This document shows positions 1-11,900 of a stretch of DNA of 64,000 nt, piece by piece. The stretch is from the NCBI GenBank assembly GCA_000091205.1, contig AP006493.2; one strand, given 5' to 3'. Source of the stretch: Cyanidioschyzon merolae (taxonomy: Eukaryota). The translations under genes were made by a program, and so were the position numbers. Each line of letters begins with the position of its first letter. Position 1 is the first letter of the stretch. The notes beneath the pieces are model-generated. The model saw only the letters and a program-made list of their open reading frames with translations. It was not told the origin of the DNA and ran no database searches.

Positions 1-901
1 GTGGTGCAGCCAGGGTCATCCAATACCTGATTCTTCATCGGAGGACATTTCGTGGCGTCCCTAATCCGCATGCCTCTGTCCAAGTCATTGACAAGGTCGT
101 GCTCCATCACTCCATACGGTGCAGGCATACGCAGCTGCGGTTGGCGGAGTGTTGCTCACAGTGCCTGCTTCAGCGCCCGAATGCACAGAGTTCAATGCGT
201 CTCCTCTGTGGTAGAACGTCGCTTTTGTTTCGGCTCCGGGATCAGTCGACAAGCCGTTCGCATCCGTGACTCTGTTCTTCGACACGTCATTCTCGGGGTT
301 CAACATCTTCGTGCTGGTCGATCGCTTCAGTGATCAACCGCTGGGGGGAGTGGAAGTACATGCCTCGGTCCGCGCGCCTAGTCGCGACGGAGGTGTCCAA
401 GACGATTTACCTGGGGAATGTGGTATACATCGATGAAAAAGGCCAGTTTCAGTGCTACGGATCTTTAATTGCGTCTGAATCTCAAGGAAATTGCATAAGG
501 ATGATAGCGATTCCATCCAGGCAACTGCGTCCAGTAAAGGAGACGGAGAAGAAGAAGCCTGGCTCTGCGAGCAAGTATGATATTTATGAGCAGCTTTACG
601 AGGAACATCGGAAGTTCCCGTTCAAGTTTTGTTGTTTATAGGGATGATGGAGAACGACGGCATCTATATTTGTACGCACTTTGTGAAAACTAGGCCTGAG
701 TCAAACACAGGGACTCGCATTTAACCTTTCAAAGCACATGAAAAAGCGAAAGACGCTGCCGTGGGCGTGCATCCCGTGTTGAAAACCGACATCGCCGGTG
801 CCGTGTCTCAAACTCAGGAGGAGGGAGCCAATGATCCGAATGGAAAGCATTCGAAGCTCGTGAACGTTTCCAAGAATCCATAACATCGAGATGCGGGTAT
901 C

Positions 902-1564
902 ATGCACGGCAGGAGACATGTCAACAAGTCCAGTGAGCGTGTCACGAGGTGTCCTGTGCTCGGAACACCATATCGTGCAGTGCGGAATGCTTTGTGCGGT
1001 TCAGTCAGAGCGCACCTGATCGTCTACGAGGCTTATGCGGATGAACGTTGGCAGTGGTACACGAGATGGTGCTATGGATGTCGAAGGTTTCGGTTATTTG
1101 ATGGCAACGAGCGAGCACTCGCAAAGCTGTTCGACGAGGTGGAAAGCGATACGGCCGATAGTACGCGTCGTATGGTGGTAGTCCGTGGCGCTGGGCGTTT
1201 TCTAGTACGCAACTGCGGCACTCCTGCAACTTCGACGAGTCCGTGCAACGAGTGCAGGAATCGGATCCCTAGAGTGCTTATCGATACGTCCAGAAGGATG
1301 GATATGCACCATGAGCGCGGGTGCACGCTGAAACTGGTAAAGGAGAAGAAGCGTGTGAAACAGAGACCGCCGGATGAGAGGGTGCGCTGTAGCTTGATCG
1401 ACCGTCATTCGAAGAAGCAGCCGACTTTGAGACACTTCCTATGGTGCGATGCTACCGGCGACAATACAAGCAAGCGCTTTCTTCGCCGAATCGTGAGCGC
1501 CTTGATCAGTAGGCGGGACAGCGTTGTGCCTCTGGAGCGTCCACCAAGTTTATGTTTAGCGTGA
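902..1564 (+). CDS. hypothetical Cys-containing protein (220 aa), no recognisable domain
   Basis: Single 220-aa ORF. No motif I can assign. May be an exon or may be spurious. Confidence 0.2.
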   Translation: MHGRRHVNKSSERVTRCPVLGTPYRAVRNALCGSVRAHLIVYEAYADERWQWYTRWCYGCRRFRLFDGNERALAKLFDEVESDTADSTRRMVVVRGAGRFLVRNCGTPATSTSPCNECRNRIPRVLIDTSRRMDMHHERGCTLKLVKEKKRVKQRPPDERVRCSLIDRHSKKQPTLRHFLWCDATGDNTSKRFLRRIVSALISRRDSVVPLERPPSLCLA

Positions 1565-1869
1565 TTTAGAGAGCATTTTTTGGTACTCGGTGTAAGCATT
1601 GTACTGAAGCGCTGAAGACGCACGATGCAACAAAACCAGTGGCCAAGACAGAGAAGATTGCGAACTCGCACGGAGCGAGGCACTGGTGCGGTACGTTTCA
1701 GATGGCCAGCGAGACTAGAACCCAGTATGTGTCCATCGAAAATGATTTTCTCGGGCAGATTTCATCGACGATCATCACGTTCCATGATTCATTCGTACAA
1801 GATATACAAGAGAAACCTATCCGGTATCCGAATCGCCACGGAAGTTCCTCGACGCAAGTGTCCAGCGCT

Positions 1870-4800
1870 TTACAGCGCCAGGTGACCAACACTGTGATCG
1901 AGTGTCGCATGCAGTTGCGCAACTCGTTCCGCAGAGACGTGTTGGCGTAACCACTCCAGAAACACGCCATCATCATGACGCTCTGCTCGCCAGTCATGAA
2001 TCCAGGCGTCTGTTAGCGCCAGAGCAACCGCTAAGCGCGGCTTTTCGCTTGCCCAGTGCTGTGCCGCTGCCTCCACATGCGGCCTGACTTGTTGCCATGA
2101 AGCACGCGTCAAGTAGACGAGGCAACACGCCAAACCAATCCATAGAGGCCAAAGCGGCTTGTTCACTGACTTGTCGTCCGAAAGCGTATGCGTCCAGCCT
2201 GGAGCCGCTAGGGGTGACGGCTCCTCGGGCGTGCACGCCTCGAAGACAGACGCTCTGTCAGGCGGAGCGACGTGTGCCCATGCGGGCGCTAGTCGCTCAC
2301 CGACTCGCAACGAATTCGATTTGGATTCGAACACCAGCTGTCCCAGTTCACAGAAAAACTTCTGCAGTGAAGCAGACCAACTGAATGGCGCGTTGCTCTG
2401 CGGCTCGACCTCGGCACAAAGAAGGTCCGCTTCTAGGAGCTCGATCGCGCTTAGCGTCGTTTCGCCTCGAGCAGCGTTCTGTGCTGCTGCATTGGACGAT
2501 GTCAGCGTACTGGATAACTCCAAAATCGCTGCAACCCAGTGGGGTAAAAGGGAAAGCGCTTTCTCGGCTGGTGGACGCCACCGTTGCTGCCCCTGTGATG
2601 CCGTTTTCGCTGCTGGATGTGGCGCGCTGCCCACAGTACTAGTCGCATCTGCGACTGATTCCGGTCCCATCTGGTAGAGGAACAGTGCTAAACTAGCGAG
2701 CAGCAACGCACGTATTCGCAGCGGGGATCTGAGGACAGCTCCACGCTGAGCATCCGGGTAAAACGGTGCCGTAGGATACATCTTCTCGACGCTGCTTACC
2801 AGATTCTGAAGCATATCTTGCGCGTTGGTACGCTGCCCCTGAACGCAGAGCGGGAACAGAACAATCGTCTTCGCCGTCTTGCTGTCGACTGGGCCGCAAG
2901 CACATGACTGTACCAACGCTAGGTATGCTGCGAGAGCGCGCGCATCGTTTTGCAATGCTCGGCGATGACAGGACTCGTGCGCTACCGACAATCCCGCCGT
3001 GCTCATCGAGAATACCCACAACGGCTCGATGTGCACTGCTGCCTCGACTGCATTAGCGCTCGATATGTGACCATGAACAGCGCTTTGGCGCCGAAGCATC
3101 CTCCAGTTCCGAGAGAGGTCTAGTGCCTGGAGCACCACATAGGCACCAAGCGCGTCAGATGTATCGAGCGTATTCGTTTCTCGACAGAAGACACAGGTTT
3201 CGGCTGCCGCACTGCTTTCGTTGCGACATGCTGCCGCCTCCGGGCGTTGACAGAGTGCATCTATTTGACGCTGTATCGCTTGCGTTGCTCGCTGACGAGC
3301 AAGGAGCGCCGCCTGGCGCCGAGTGCTCTGCAAAAGCGCTGCAGCATCATGAAGGTGCTGTGATCCGGGACCGCCGACCCGGTTGATGGCCTCGATAAGG
3401 TCCTCCGCAGCGTTCCCGATGCTACTTGGCTGTCTAGCAAGCTGGATGAGGCTGCTCGCTACTTGGACAGAGTTCGGGAAATGCCCTAGGCGCTTTTGGA
3501 GCTCAGCTGGTGCACTCGTCACCGCCAGCTGGAGAAAGCGACATAGGTCCTCGATACGAATCTCTGTGCTTCCGGATTGCAGCGCCCTTGTTGCTGTCTG
3601 TGATCCAGTCGGTTGTGTGGACGCTGGTGGCAGCCTCTGATGCGGCACCTGCTCGGTGCCATTTGAGGAGCCGGTCTTCACGTCAGTACGCACGGCTGAC
3701 ATGAGATCCTGCAGGGTCTGTTGGCACCACGCGATAAAGCCGCAAGTATCGAGGGCGTTCCACAGATCGCCACGCGGGAGGAAGCTCAGCATGATGCCGC
3801 ATTGTCGTACGGCCGTCTTCGGCCAGTGCTCGGATGCTATTGATACAGCCGACGTAAGTGGAAGACGCAATGCGGTAAGCACCGTCGGGACGTCCCCGAA
3901 ACGCGCCAGCAAACGAAGCCACAGGCGTTCTTTCTCGGCAGTGGGGGCGTCCTGCGCACCCGAAAACGCCCCAGTTAATCCCGTGCAGCTGCGATGATCT
4001 CGCGCGGGCGGTTGCTTCTGTTGCTGTTGCTGTTGCCGAGGCGTCGAGCGTCGCAACCACAGACTCGCCTGTTCACATATCGCGGACGCACAGGGCGAGC
4101 AGCTGGTGTCCTGCTGTCGTGCCTCCAACGGTGTCAGCTGTTTCGCCAGCAGGTCCAGCAATTGGTTGGCTATTGCGGCAAGTTCCGGGGAGCCTCGTGC
4201 CGCTAGCTGCGCAGCAGCGAGGAACGCCTCGTTTGTAAGACGCTGCCGTCGGGCCGTATCTAGACATGCCGACCAACATCTTGCCAGCTCCGACTCCTTG
4301 ACCGATACCTGATGTGTGCTGCTGCGATGGCTATCATCCGACGCTTCCATATCAAAAAGGGCTACCAGCTGGTGAATAGCCGCAGACGGTGCGAGCGGTA
4401 TGAGTCGCACGACGTGTTCCAGCCCACCGCCCCGAACAAAGCTTTTGAAAAGGAGCCGTCGGACCACGCGGGATGGATTTGATCTTGCTGCCGTGCCAGA
4501 AGCGTCTTCGGCCGGTGGCTTTGCAGTTTCGACCGTAAAGTGCGGCTCAGTTGCCTCGCCATCAAGACCTGCCAACCGATAAATGACCACGATAGTGCTG
4601 GTGGCGGCTTCTATAGAGCGAATAACTGCAAGTAAGGGCAAGGAAAGCGGAACCAAACGCCCACCGATCAAAAGCTCAAGCGCAAAGTCGTCCGAAAGCA
4701 AGGATTTGAGGTCTAGCTGCAAGCAAATGAAATCCTTGAGCACTCGCATGGTCCAGGCATGAGGTTCCTTCAAGGAAAGACTGAGCCCAGCTCTTTGACA

Positions 4801-5112
4801 CGTTTCAACAATACGAGTCAAGCGGAACCGCTGCCCATAGAGCGAGCCTCGTATAAAGTCCTCTTGTGAGGGCGCCTTTTGAAACTCGAAGACCACGCTG
4901 TCGGTCTGGTGCTCGTTTGTCTGCGCTGGAGCCGCGCCCCGCCCTGGTGACGACACGTGCAGCTGACTTCGCTCCTGGTGTCGTTCTTGCTGCTCACGAA
5001 CCGCATAGAGGAACGGATACGGCGTCGCCGCTTCGGATACCTGCAGGTCAAAGAGCGCAAAGAGCGCCTCCGCAGACGCTGCACACGTTCTCGCAGACTC
5101 GGGCGCACTCAT
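1870..5112 (-). CDS. large hypothetical protein (1080 aa), low-complexity with a poly-Q tract, no recognisable catalytic domain
   Basis: Uninterrupted 3.2-kb ORF. This is far longer than chance allows in GC-rich DNA, where long random ORFs do occur but not at 1080 aa. Poly-Q 'QQQQQQKQ'. No family motifs seen. Confidence 0.45.
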   Translation of the reverse strand: MSAPESARTCAASAEALFALFDLQVSEAATPYPFLYAVREQQERHQERSQLHVSSPGRGAAPAQTNEHQTDSVVFEFQKAPSQEDFIRGSLYGQRFRLTRIVETCQRAGLSLSLKEPHAWTMRVLKDFICLQLDLKSLLSDDFALELLIGGRLVPLSLPLLAVIRSIEAATSTIVVIYRLAGLDGEATEPHFTVETAKPPAEDASGTAARSNPSRVVRRLLFKSFVRGGGLEHVVRLIPLAPSAAIHQLVALFDMEASDDSHRSSTHQVSVKESELARCWSACLDTARRQRLTNEAFLAAAQLAARGSPELAAIANQLLDLLAKQLTPLEARQQDTSCSPCASAICEQASLWLRRSTPRQQQQQQKQPPARDHRSCTGLTGAFSGAQDAPTAEKERLWLRLLARFGDVPTVLTALRLPLTSAVSIASEHWPKTAVRQCGIMLSFLPRGDLWNALDTCGFIAWCQQTLQDLMSAVRTDVKTGSSNGTEQVPHQRLPPASTQPTGSQTATRALQSGSTEIRIEDLCRFLQLAVTSAPAELQKRLGHFPNSVQVASSLIQLARQPSSIGNAAEDLIEAINRVGGPGSQHLHDAAALLQSTRRQAALLARQRATQAIQRQIDALCQRPEAAACRNESSAAAETCVFCRETNTLDTSDALGAYVVLQALDLSRNWRMLRRQSAVHGHISSANAVEAAVHIEPLWVFSMSTAGLSVAHESCHRRALQNDARALAAYLALVQSCACGPVDSKTAKTIVLFPLCVQGQRTNAQDMLQNLVSSVEKMYPTAPFYPDAQRGAVLRSPLRIRALLLASLALFLYQMGPESVADATSTVGSAPHPAAKTASQGQQRWRPPAEKALSLLPHWVAAILELSSTLTSSNAAAQNAARGETTLSAIELLEADLLCAEVEPQSNAPFSWSASLQKFFCELGQLVFESKSNSLRVGERLAPAWAHVAPPDRASVFEACTPEEPSPLAAPGWTHTLSDDKSVNKPLWPLWIGLACCLVYLTRASWQQVRPHVEAAAQHWASEKPRLAVALALTDAWIHDWRAERHDDGVFLEWLRQHVSAERVAQLHATLDHSVGHLAL

Positions 5113-6387
5113 GGCATTCGAACGTGTCCAGTACGCACAGAGTCCAATTCGAGCTCAACACGATAACTACGAAAGCAACAAAGATAGAACGCTCAATGAA
5201 AGGAGGAAAACTGTTATTCAAGTTGTGAGTGTTTCCGGTGTGTAGCTTGTCTCCTAGGTTTGTTAGGGAGTCGTTGAGCGTCGCTGGTTGACGCACTGTT
5301 GTTTTCCAGTGAAGCTGGCCGGTCGCTGGTCGAGGCGCGATCTCGAAATTGGCGCGAGCGGCGCTCGCTTTCTCTGTCTAGCGCCCGACGCAAACCAGAA
5401 GTTTTCATGGAATCTGTTGAGACAGGCGCGAAAACGCTGAGGCGCTGATATGTTATCCTTGGCTTGGAGGTACCCGAAAAGAGATTGTTGCTTGGGTAGT
5501 TCAAGAGAAACAGCGTCAAATAGCGGATGTGGGCGGGGATAGTGAAATGGTTGTATAGGGAACTGTTCCCGGTGCCTACTGGAGCGGTGGACTCCCGAAG
5601 AGCGTCTATTTACGGGAAGTATCATTCGGCGGTGCCGAGGACTAGTTCGGATACCTAGCTGCAAGCTATATGAGCGAAGAGTGTATAGTAAAGGGAAATC
5701 CTTTTGATACAAAAGTTGGACTGCGTGCTTTTGTCTCTTGAGGTCTCGAAAGCGGTGGCGTTTCTGTGTGGCCTATCGATACGTGTTATCTGATGGTGCC
5801 GGGCGTGCGTGACCTATGCTTTTCTGATTGACAGAGCGGTTACGAAGACCGAGAGTCCACCCGTCCTTCCCTCGGAGATAATGGTGATTTCGTACATTCC
5901 ATGGTACGCTGCACGGAGACAGAACGTCTTTGCCTGACGCTTACGCGCGGGTCCAGTGCATGTGCGTCCGCAAATGCCAGGCATCGATAGCGCCCCTACT
6001 GAGGCGAACTTGCGCGGGCGCAGATATCCAATATGCAGCGACTAATGGTTGTCGCTGCCCGCGTTACACACTCTGTGGGATGATATACATAGATTTATGG
6101 GAGTTCAAGCGGATTCGCAGCTCTCTGCCCAAAAAGAAGCGTTCGAGGTTCATGTATGTGCGAATTTTTCGGTATGACGCGACATGTCGTAACACGGCTA
6201 AATGAGCAGCCCCGAACAAGCCCGCTGATTCGATCAAGCGACCGCGTCCTTAGAGGACGTCGGGGGCGGCACCGCGGTACCCGTCCGCAATGCCACGCTC
6301 CACAGATTCTAGGCTAGTATCCGCCTATCGCTGGTCGCTTTATCGTGACACGAACGCATAGGCGAGACAGCTGCGGGGGGCTCTCGT

Positions 6388-7059
6388 TCACGTTCGTAAG
6401 GGGGCCGCAGCATCTGCAAACGGCACTGTTAAGTCAGCCGGGCCGAAGAATGCCGCGAACCAGCGCGGTGTCTCAAGAAGGCGGCATCCCGTCAGAGATG
6501 GGTATACATCAGACAGGAAATAGTATACATGGCCCACGGCAATACCAAGCAGATCGACGGTCGCTGACGCCCCGAAAAGAACCGTGAACAGCAACAGCAA
6601 CCACGGAAGAAACGGTGCTGAAAAGTTCACCAACCCCAGGAAACTCAAAGAAACACTCTCGTTCCGTCTTGACCACAGGTAAACCATGGCGAACGTTAGG
6701 GACGGACCCATAAACAATACATTCACGAAGGGTGCTGTCAAGGTTAGTAAGGTCCCACAGACCAGGAGGAACCAGGCGTAGTCTGCAGAGCGACCGCGAA
6801 ACGTCGTCTCTTCCAGCAAACGACTATACCGAGCAAGAAAAAATACGTGAAATATAAAGTCCAATGATATCGACGGTCCGAAAAACGTAAAATTCGTGAG
6901 CAACCGCCACGGCTGAACAGGAATTCGCGTCCACGACAAGTACAGTTTCAGCGGTGATACAACTTCCAGCGCGCACCCCAGCGTCGTCAACACAGCCAAC
7001 GTCACATACGTTCGTGTTACCGGGGGTATAGAGCGATATATTTCCTCAATGGACGACAT
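6388..7059 (-). CDS. Derlin (Der1-like ER-associated degradation membrane protein)
   Basis: 223-aa ORF. N-terminus 'IYRSIPPVTRTYVTLAVLTT...' aligns with the Derlin-1 N-terminus ('WFRSIPAITRYWFAATVAVPL'). Four hydrophobic segments, 'GHVYYFL' near the C-terminus matching Derlin 'GHLYFFL'. Confidence 0.85.
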   Translation of the reverse strand: MSSIEEIYRSIPPVTRTYVTLAVLTTLGCALEVVSPLKLYLSWTRIPVQPWRLLTNFTFFGPSISLDFIFHVFFLARYSRLLEETTFRGRSADYAWFLLVCGTLLTLTAPFVNVLFMGPSLTFAMVYLWSRRNESVSLSFLGLVNFSAPFLPWLLLLFTVLFGASATVDLLGIAVGHVYYFLSDVYPSLTGCRLLETPRWFAAFFGPADLTVPFADAAAPLRT

Positions 7060-7420
7060 TCAATCGACCTCAAACGTGTCGGATGGTGCACTAGCAACGC
7101 TGCTGCGTCGAGGCACACCCGCCCTGGAATGACTCGCCAGAGAACAAAGATCCGCGGGTGACGCGGCCTGTACAGCGCGTTGCGGGCATCTGTCCCGAAC
7201 GTGCGCGAAGGGCCTAGCGAGGCCGCACTGCTGGCGAGCGCCGCCTCCGCCCGAGATGCGATCGGCAGCGGCTGCGCGGGTGGATCCATGCATTGTCCTA
7301 GTCCATACTTTTATGTACAGTTATGTCCAGGATAGAGGATTCGACGAATGGCGCCCCATGGGGATACAGCAGGGGATCCCGCTGCGCGTCAGGCACCCGT
7401 TCGGACGCATGGTCCGAAAC

Positions 7421-8719
7421 CTACACCAACGACGATTCTTGTGCGCGCTCCTCCAGGAAAGTTTTGCACAGTTCGTAAGTGACAAAGGTCAGAACAGTTG
7501 CCGGCAAGGTGCGGAAAAGCGTTGCCCCGATACCCCGATAAAACGCGCTGATACCCTCTTCCTTAAGCATGTAGCGCACAAGCCGTAGCATTCGCACAGG
7601 CTCGGTACCGATACCTTTCGCGGTTCGATTAAGGAACGGTTCTGGTGGTGGTATACCGCTCTCTACTGACAATATGGATATCATTTGCAAGCGGCTTCGA
7701 ATGACCTCATGGGGATACGCTACAGCGCTGGCGACAATTTTGCTGACCGACGAGGCGACCATGATTCGCCATACTGGTGGGCGCGCCTCCGTTAGCGCAG
7801 ATGTGCTGGCCCCAGGTTCTTTGGAGCGCGGTCGGCTTACAACCCAGCTGCGCTTGAGTGCTTCGTATAGCGGGAACTGGACAGCGACATGAATCAGACC
7901 TAGGAGACTCGGGGTCAGGCCGCGATAGAGCGCGGCGAGGCCCTCCTCGCGAGCAATTCGGCGCAGGCATTCAAGCGGGTTCCGATATCGGGGAACTGAT
8001 CCCGGTAGGACAACCTCAGCTTGCATGCGCGTTTTCACAACCCAAAGCGGTGAGCAAAGCAGAGCCGTCGCAGCACCAGCGCCCATACTAGCCATCATCG
8101 AGGCCAGCATGTCCTTTGACAGACCTCTGCTGGGAAACAGGTTCGCCCCGAGTCGAGACCGTTTTGGCGGATTCTTCGACCACTGCTCCAGAAGCGTTCC
8201 CCGAAGTTGCTCGTACAGCGAGAAGTAAATCGCCCAGTTCGGCATGAACGCCATAAGCGATGCAGTTAAGCCGCGGTAGAAACCACCGATACCCTCCGTA
8301 CGAAACGTGGCACGAAAAACATCCCGAAAATGACGGAGCTCCAGACCGCTACCCGTACGCAGCGCGTGTGCGGTGTTCCCAAAACTTCCCACTTGCATGC
8401 GCGTACGTACCACGTCCAACGGACTGAGCACCAACGTGTTCACCATTCCAGAGACTGCTCCAGCAGTGAATGAGTACGAAAATTGCCGAGCATGTTTCGC
8501 CACTGAGTTGAATCGTTTGAAAAACAGTGTCTTTTTTGGATTCTTTTCCACACCCAGAGCGCCGTACTCTTCCTCGCCTCTCGAGTGCATGCCCGGTGGT
8601 GCGCTCCTGGAGCAGCCGCAGTCGCGCGGCAGTAGCCCGCTGTCTAAGCTTGTGGACAGAGGCACTGACGACAAGGACTGCAGCTTATTGGTCCGCGCAG
8701 TTCCAGAACGCGCGGCCAA
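7421..8719 (-). CDS. mitochondrial carrier family (SLC25) protein, NAD+/folate/pyrimidine-nucleotide carrier-like subfamily
   Basis: Three tandem carrier repeats carrying the signature motifs 'PLDVVRTRMQ', 'PLWVVKTRMQ' and 'YPHEVIRSRLQ', each followed by 'FYRG/LYRGL'. N-terminal extension of ~90 aa. Confidence 0.85.
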   Translation of the reverse strand: MAARSGTARTNKLQSLSSVPLSTSLDSGLLPRDCGCSRSAPPGMHSRGEEEYGALGVEKNPKKTLFFKRFNSVAKHARQFSYSFTAGAVSGMVNTLVLSPLDVVRTRMQVGSFGNTAHALRTGSGLELRHFRDVFRATFRTEGIGGFYRGLTASLMAFMPNWAIYFSLYEQLRGTLLEQWSKNPPKRSRLGANLFPSRGLSKDMLASMMASMGAGAATALLCSPLWVVKTRMQAEVVLPGSVPRYRNPLECLRRIAREEGLAALYRGLTPSLLGLIHVAVQFPLYEALKRSWVVSRPRSKEPGASTSALTEARPPVWRIMVASSVSKIVASAVAYPHEVIRSRLQMISILSVESGIPPPEPFLNRTAKGIGTEPVRMLRLVRYMLKEEGISAFYRGIGATLFRTLPATVLTFVTYELCKTFLEERAQESSLV

Positions 8720-8989
8720 ACGCCGTTCTAAACTCGAACGACGCCGACCGTGTACCGTAGTGGCGACGACAGCGCCCTAGACAAGAAGTCTCCGATTGAC
8801 GTGCAGACGCCCCCTCGCCTTTTGGACCGGCCAACTACTACTGCTTCAAACTTTTTCTCATATAGTTCGACTTTGAGAGGTTGTCCAACAAAGTTCTGTC
8901 TTGTCCATGCTGGAGGTCTCGTCTCCAGCACCGCACATCTCCTGACATTGATTTTTTTCATTGACAAAACGTTTACTTAGCCTATCGTT

Positions 8990-11900
8990 CTCCGATTGTG
9001 CGCTAGTTCTTTTCTTACTTTTTTGTTTTTTTCAGTGCGAGGTGAGATATCCATCAACCCCCTACCTCCAAGTTACGCTACCCAGAATTTTCCTCGGATA
9101 TTCTGGTCGTTTCATACGTCCTATCGTGTGTGCCTAGTACCTGCAGTTCCGTATCCGCCTCTGGGCCTGAACCGCTGGAGCAGATAATTCATAGAGACAG
9201 AACGGCGTTGCCGTACCACAGAGGGCGTCAGCTCGAGGCGTGGTTCACCCGGCGTAGAATCGGGTCTCATTGTCTGTCTGTGCTCGGACAGTCTGCGGAT
9301 GCAGGCTTGTCTTCGCTGCACGACACGCTGGAGAAACTTGGCTGTTAGGATATATCCTGGGAGCCGCCTCTCTCCTTCGTGATCATGCATGGAGTGCGTT
9401 GTTGTCGGTTGGCAATGCGGGTTTCTGCTTGACACCCACCACAGTGGGTAGACGCAGAAAGCGCACTGAGCCCGTGTGCGCATCCGATTCGCTGGACCCT
9501 TCTTTCTAGAAGGTAGCATGTGAGTTTGTTCGCCACTAATGAGCGCTGAGGCTCCGTTAGCGGGCCATCAGTTGCCAGTGCTACACTCAAAGTGTGTGTC
9601 CGGCCTTTGGCTATCAAGGTGATGCCCAGCTGCTGCTGTCCTCCAAGGAGCTCGCTGCGCTCGTGTTTCCAGCGCGGGCACTGTAAGCCTAACTATGTCA
9701 GCGTCTCGGGGTTCTCGTTTCCACAGCAGGGACAGTGTGACTCCCAGTGCGATTCCAGTGTTCCTATGCGGCTTAGAGCCGGTGCTGGTAGCCAGAAGCC
9801 ACCAACGCGCATTTTGGCCAGCCACTGGGTACCTCGAGCAAGTCCCGGGAACTCCAGCGTCTCCCACCAGTGCTTGCATGTGTATGCTAGGTTGTAGTTC
9901 CGGTATAGAGTCAAGCCGGCGTTACTCGCGCGACTGGTACCGTGTCTACGTTCCCATATTGGTGTTTGGACCTTTCGCTTCAGGTGACGGGAGAATTCTA
10001 TATTTCTGGGGAACGATTGGGTAGCGTGTTTTCGCCTGAGAGGCGCTTCACCGAAATCTGCGTCGATTTCATCCAAGTGTTCTTGCGGTGGGTTGGGGTC
10101 TTCATGAAACTCCGACTGAACCAGGTGCGCATAGTGGGCCCTTTGGCCCGTATACATGCCCGGCAGCCTGCTGCTATCGCTTATATCGAGAGTATTTGGA
10201 GTTCAAGTCCGAGTGTCAGCGGGTTGGTCGCTCTGCTCTGCACTGAGCATCCAACAACAACAACGAGTCGCATTGCCCTGTTGGCGGCTGTCTGCAGACG
10301 TGAGGCATTTGGGTGCTTCATGCCGCACCATTCAGCACCCCAGGTCGCAGGCTGGATGATACACATCCTTAGTGCGCTGGTACGGATTGCTATGCAGATA
10401 GAGGGGTCGGATAAGAATGGGCCTGCGATCGCTATACGTCTATGCATCTTGGCGATCATCTCGTCGATGTGTGCCTTTTCGTCGAGCGTCGGCGTGAGAC
10501 AGACCCCCGGGTAGCGATCTTTTTCCACGATTGGAATTTCCTGATTCTGCAACCGCCACGAGCGATTGCGAATGCTCTGCGAGTCTCCATGGATGACCAT
10601 GACGCCGCACTTCGATGCTCCTATGCTCATCTCTCAGCGATCGGTCCAGGCGCTGACTTGTTCCATGCTACCCGCAAGCGTTTCCGGGGCGGGTGCCAAC
10701 AGCACGACATCGTCCGCAACTAGACGGCCTGCGAGGCGGTTTCTATGTGAGGGCTCCTCACCGGACATCTCCACAGTCTATCCACGGCGCCTCAGCCGCG
10801 AATTGTCTGCAGTTGTTCAGCAGATCGTTGATGAAGATGTTGAAAAGGAGCGGGGATGCGGGGTCGCCCTGTCGCAGTCCACGGTGGATTCTTATGGAAG
10901 GGGTTCTTGAGCAGTCGCCCAGTCGGATGCGCATCCATGAGTCTGCATAGAGCGCACGGAAGAACGCTAAGCACTTTCCGGAGACTCCGGCTCGTTCCAT
11001 CTTCAGAAATGGAGCCTCGTGCGGGACCGTGTCCAAGGCCTTTTGAAAGTCGGTGAAGCATACGTAAGCTGGTTGTTGGCCGCTAATCGAGCAACGTTGC
11101 ACCACTTCAGTTAGGGTCAGGGTATGGCTCATGCACTCCTCGTGGCTCCGGAATCCAGCCTGTTCTGGGGCGAAGAACTTGCGTTCCTGGAGGCCTCTCT
11201 GGATCCGGTTCGTGGGAATGGCGCAAAGTAGCTTCATGATTGACGGGATGAGGCGCATAGTCCGGTAGATGTTCATGTCTGTGTGGGAGTCCTTTTTGAG
11301 GATCGGTACGACCTCGGCAGTCCTCCGTACATCTGGGATGCACGCTTCTTCAAACATGCGTTGAATGAGCTCCAGAAGGCGTTTGCATAAGATTGTGTCA
11401 GGTTCATCTGGTATCGATAGTGTCCCTGTTGTCCCGTCTTTTGGGGTCGCCAGTTTCATCCACTCCGCCGCGATGCCGCCGATGCCAGGTGTTTTGCGGT
11501 TGCTTGAGCATAGCAGGGTCCGAACAGATTCAGGCCAGAAGATTGGGTCGTTCCATTCCGGTACCGGTTCGAGGCGCCGTAGTTCTGCAGCATATTGGTG
11601 CCGATAGATTCGGTTTTGGCAGTGCCCAGTTGCGTCTTCATGCAGCTCTGGCCCGTGGTCCGTCCAGGCCTCATTCACTGAGGCACTCTCCGTCCTCAGC
11701 GCTTCCTCATAAACGATTGGTGTGAGCCCCAAGCACTTTTTCGGTGGGTCGAGTCTCGATCGAATGTAGCCTGGGGTTTCATCTTCGCTGGTGCTCTCTA
11801 GCATAGATTTCGCCAGGGCGGCGATTTTGCGGCTTCGATCCTCTCGTTTGTCTTCTCTGGAAAGTTTCTTCTTTTTTTTGATAGCTTCTTCATGTTGCGC

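Noticed and set aside
330-641. 103-aa ORF 'MINRWGEWKYMPRSARLVATEV...' tested mentally against SRP9, roadblock/LC7, AP sigma, profilin and TRAPPC2
   Set aside because: There was no convincing motif match to any small-protein family, so it was left unannotated. It may be an exon fragment or spurious.
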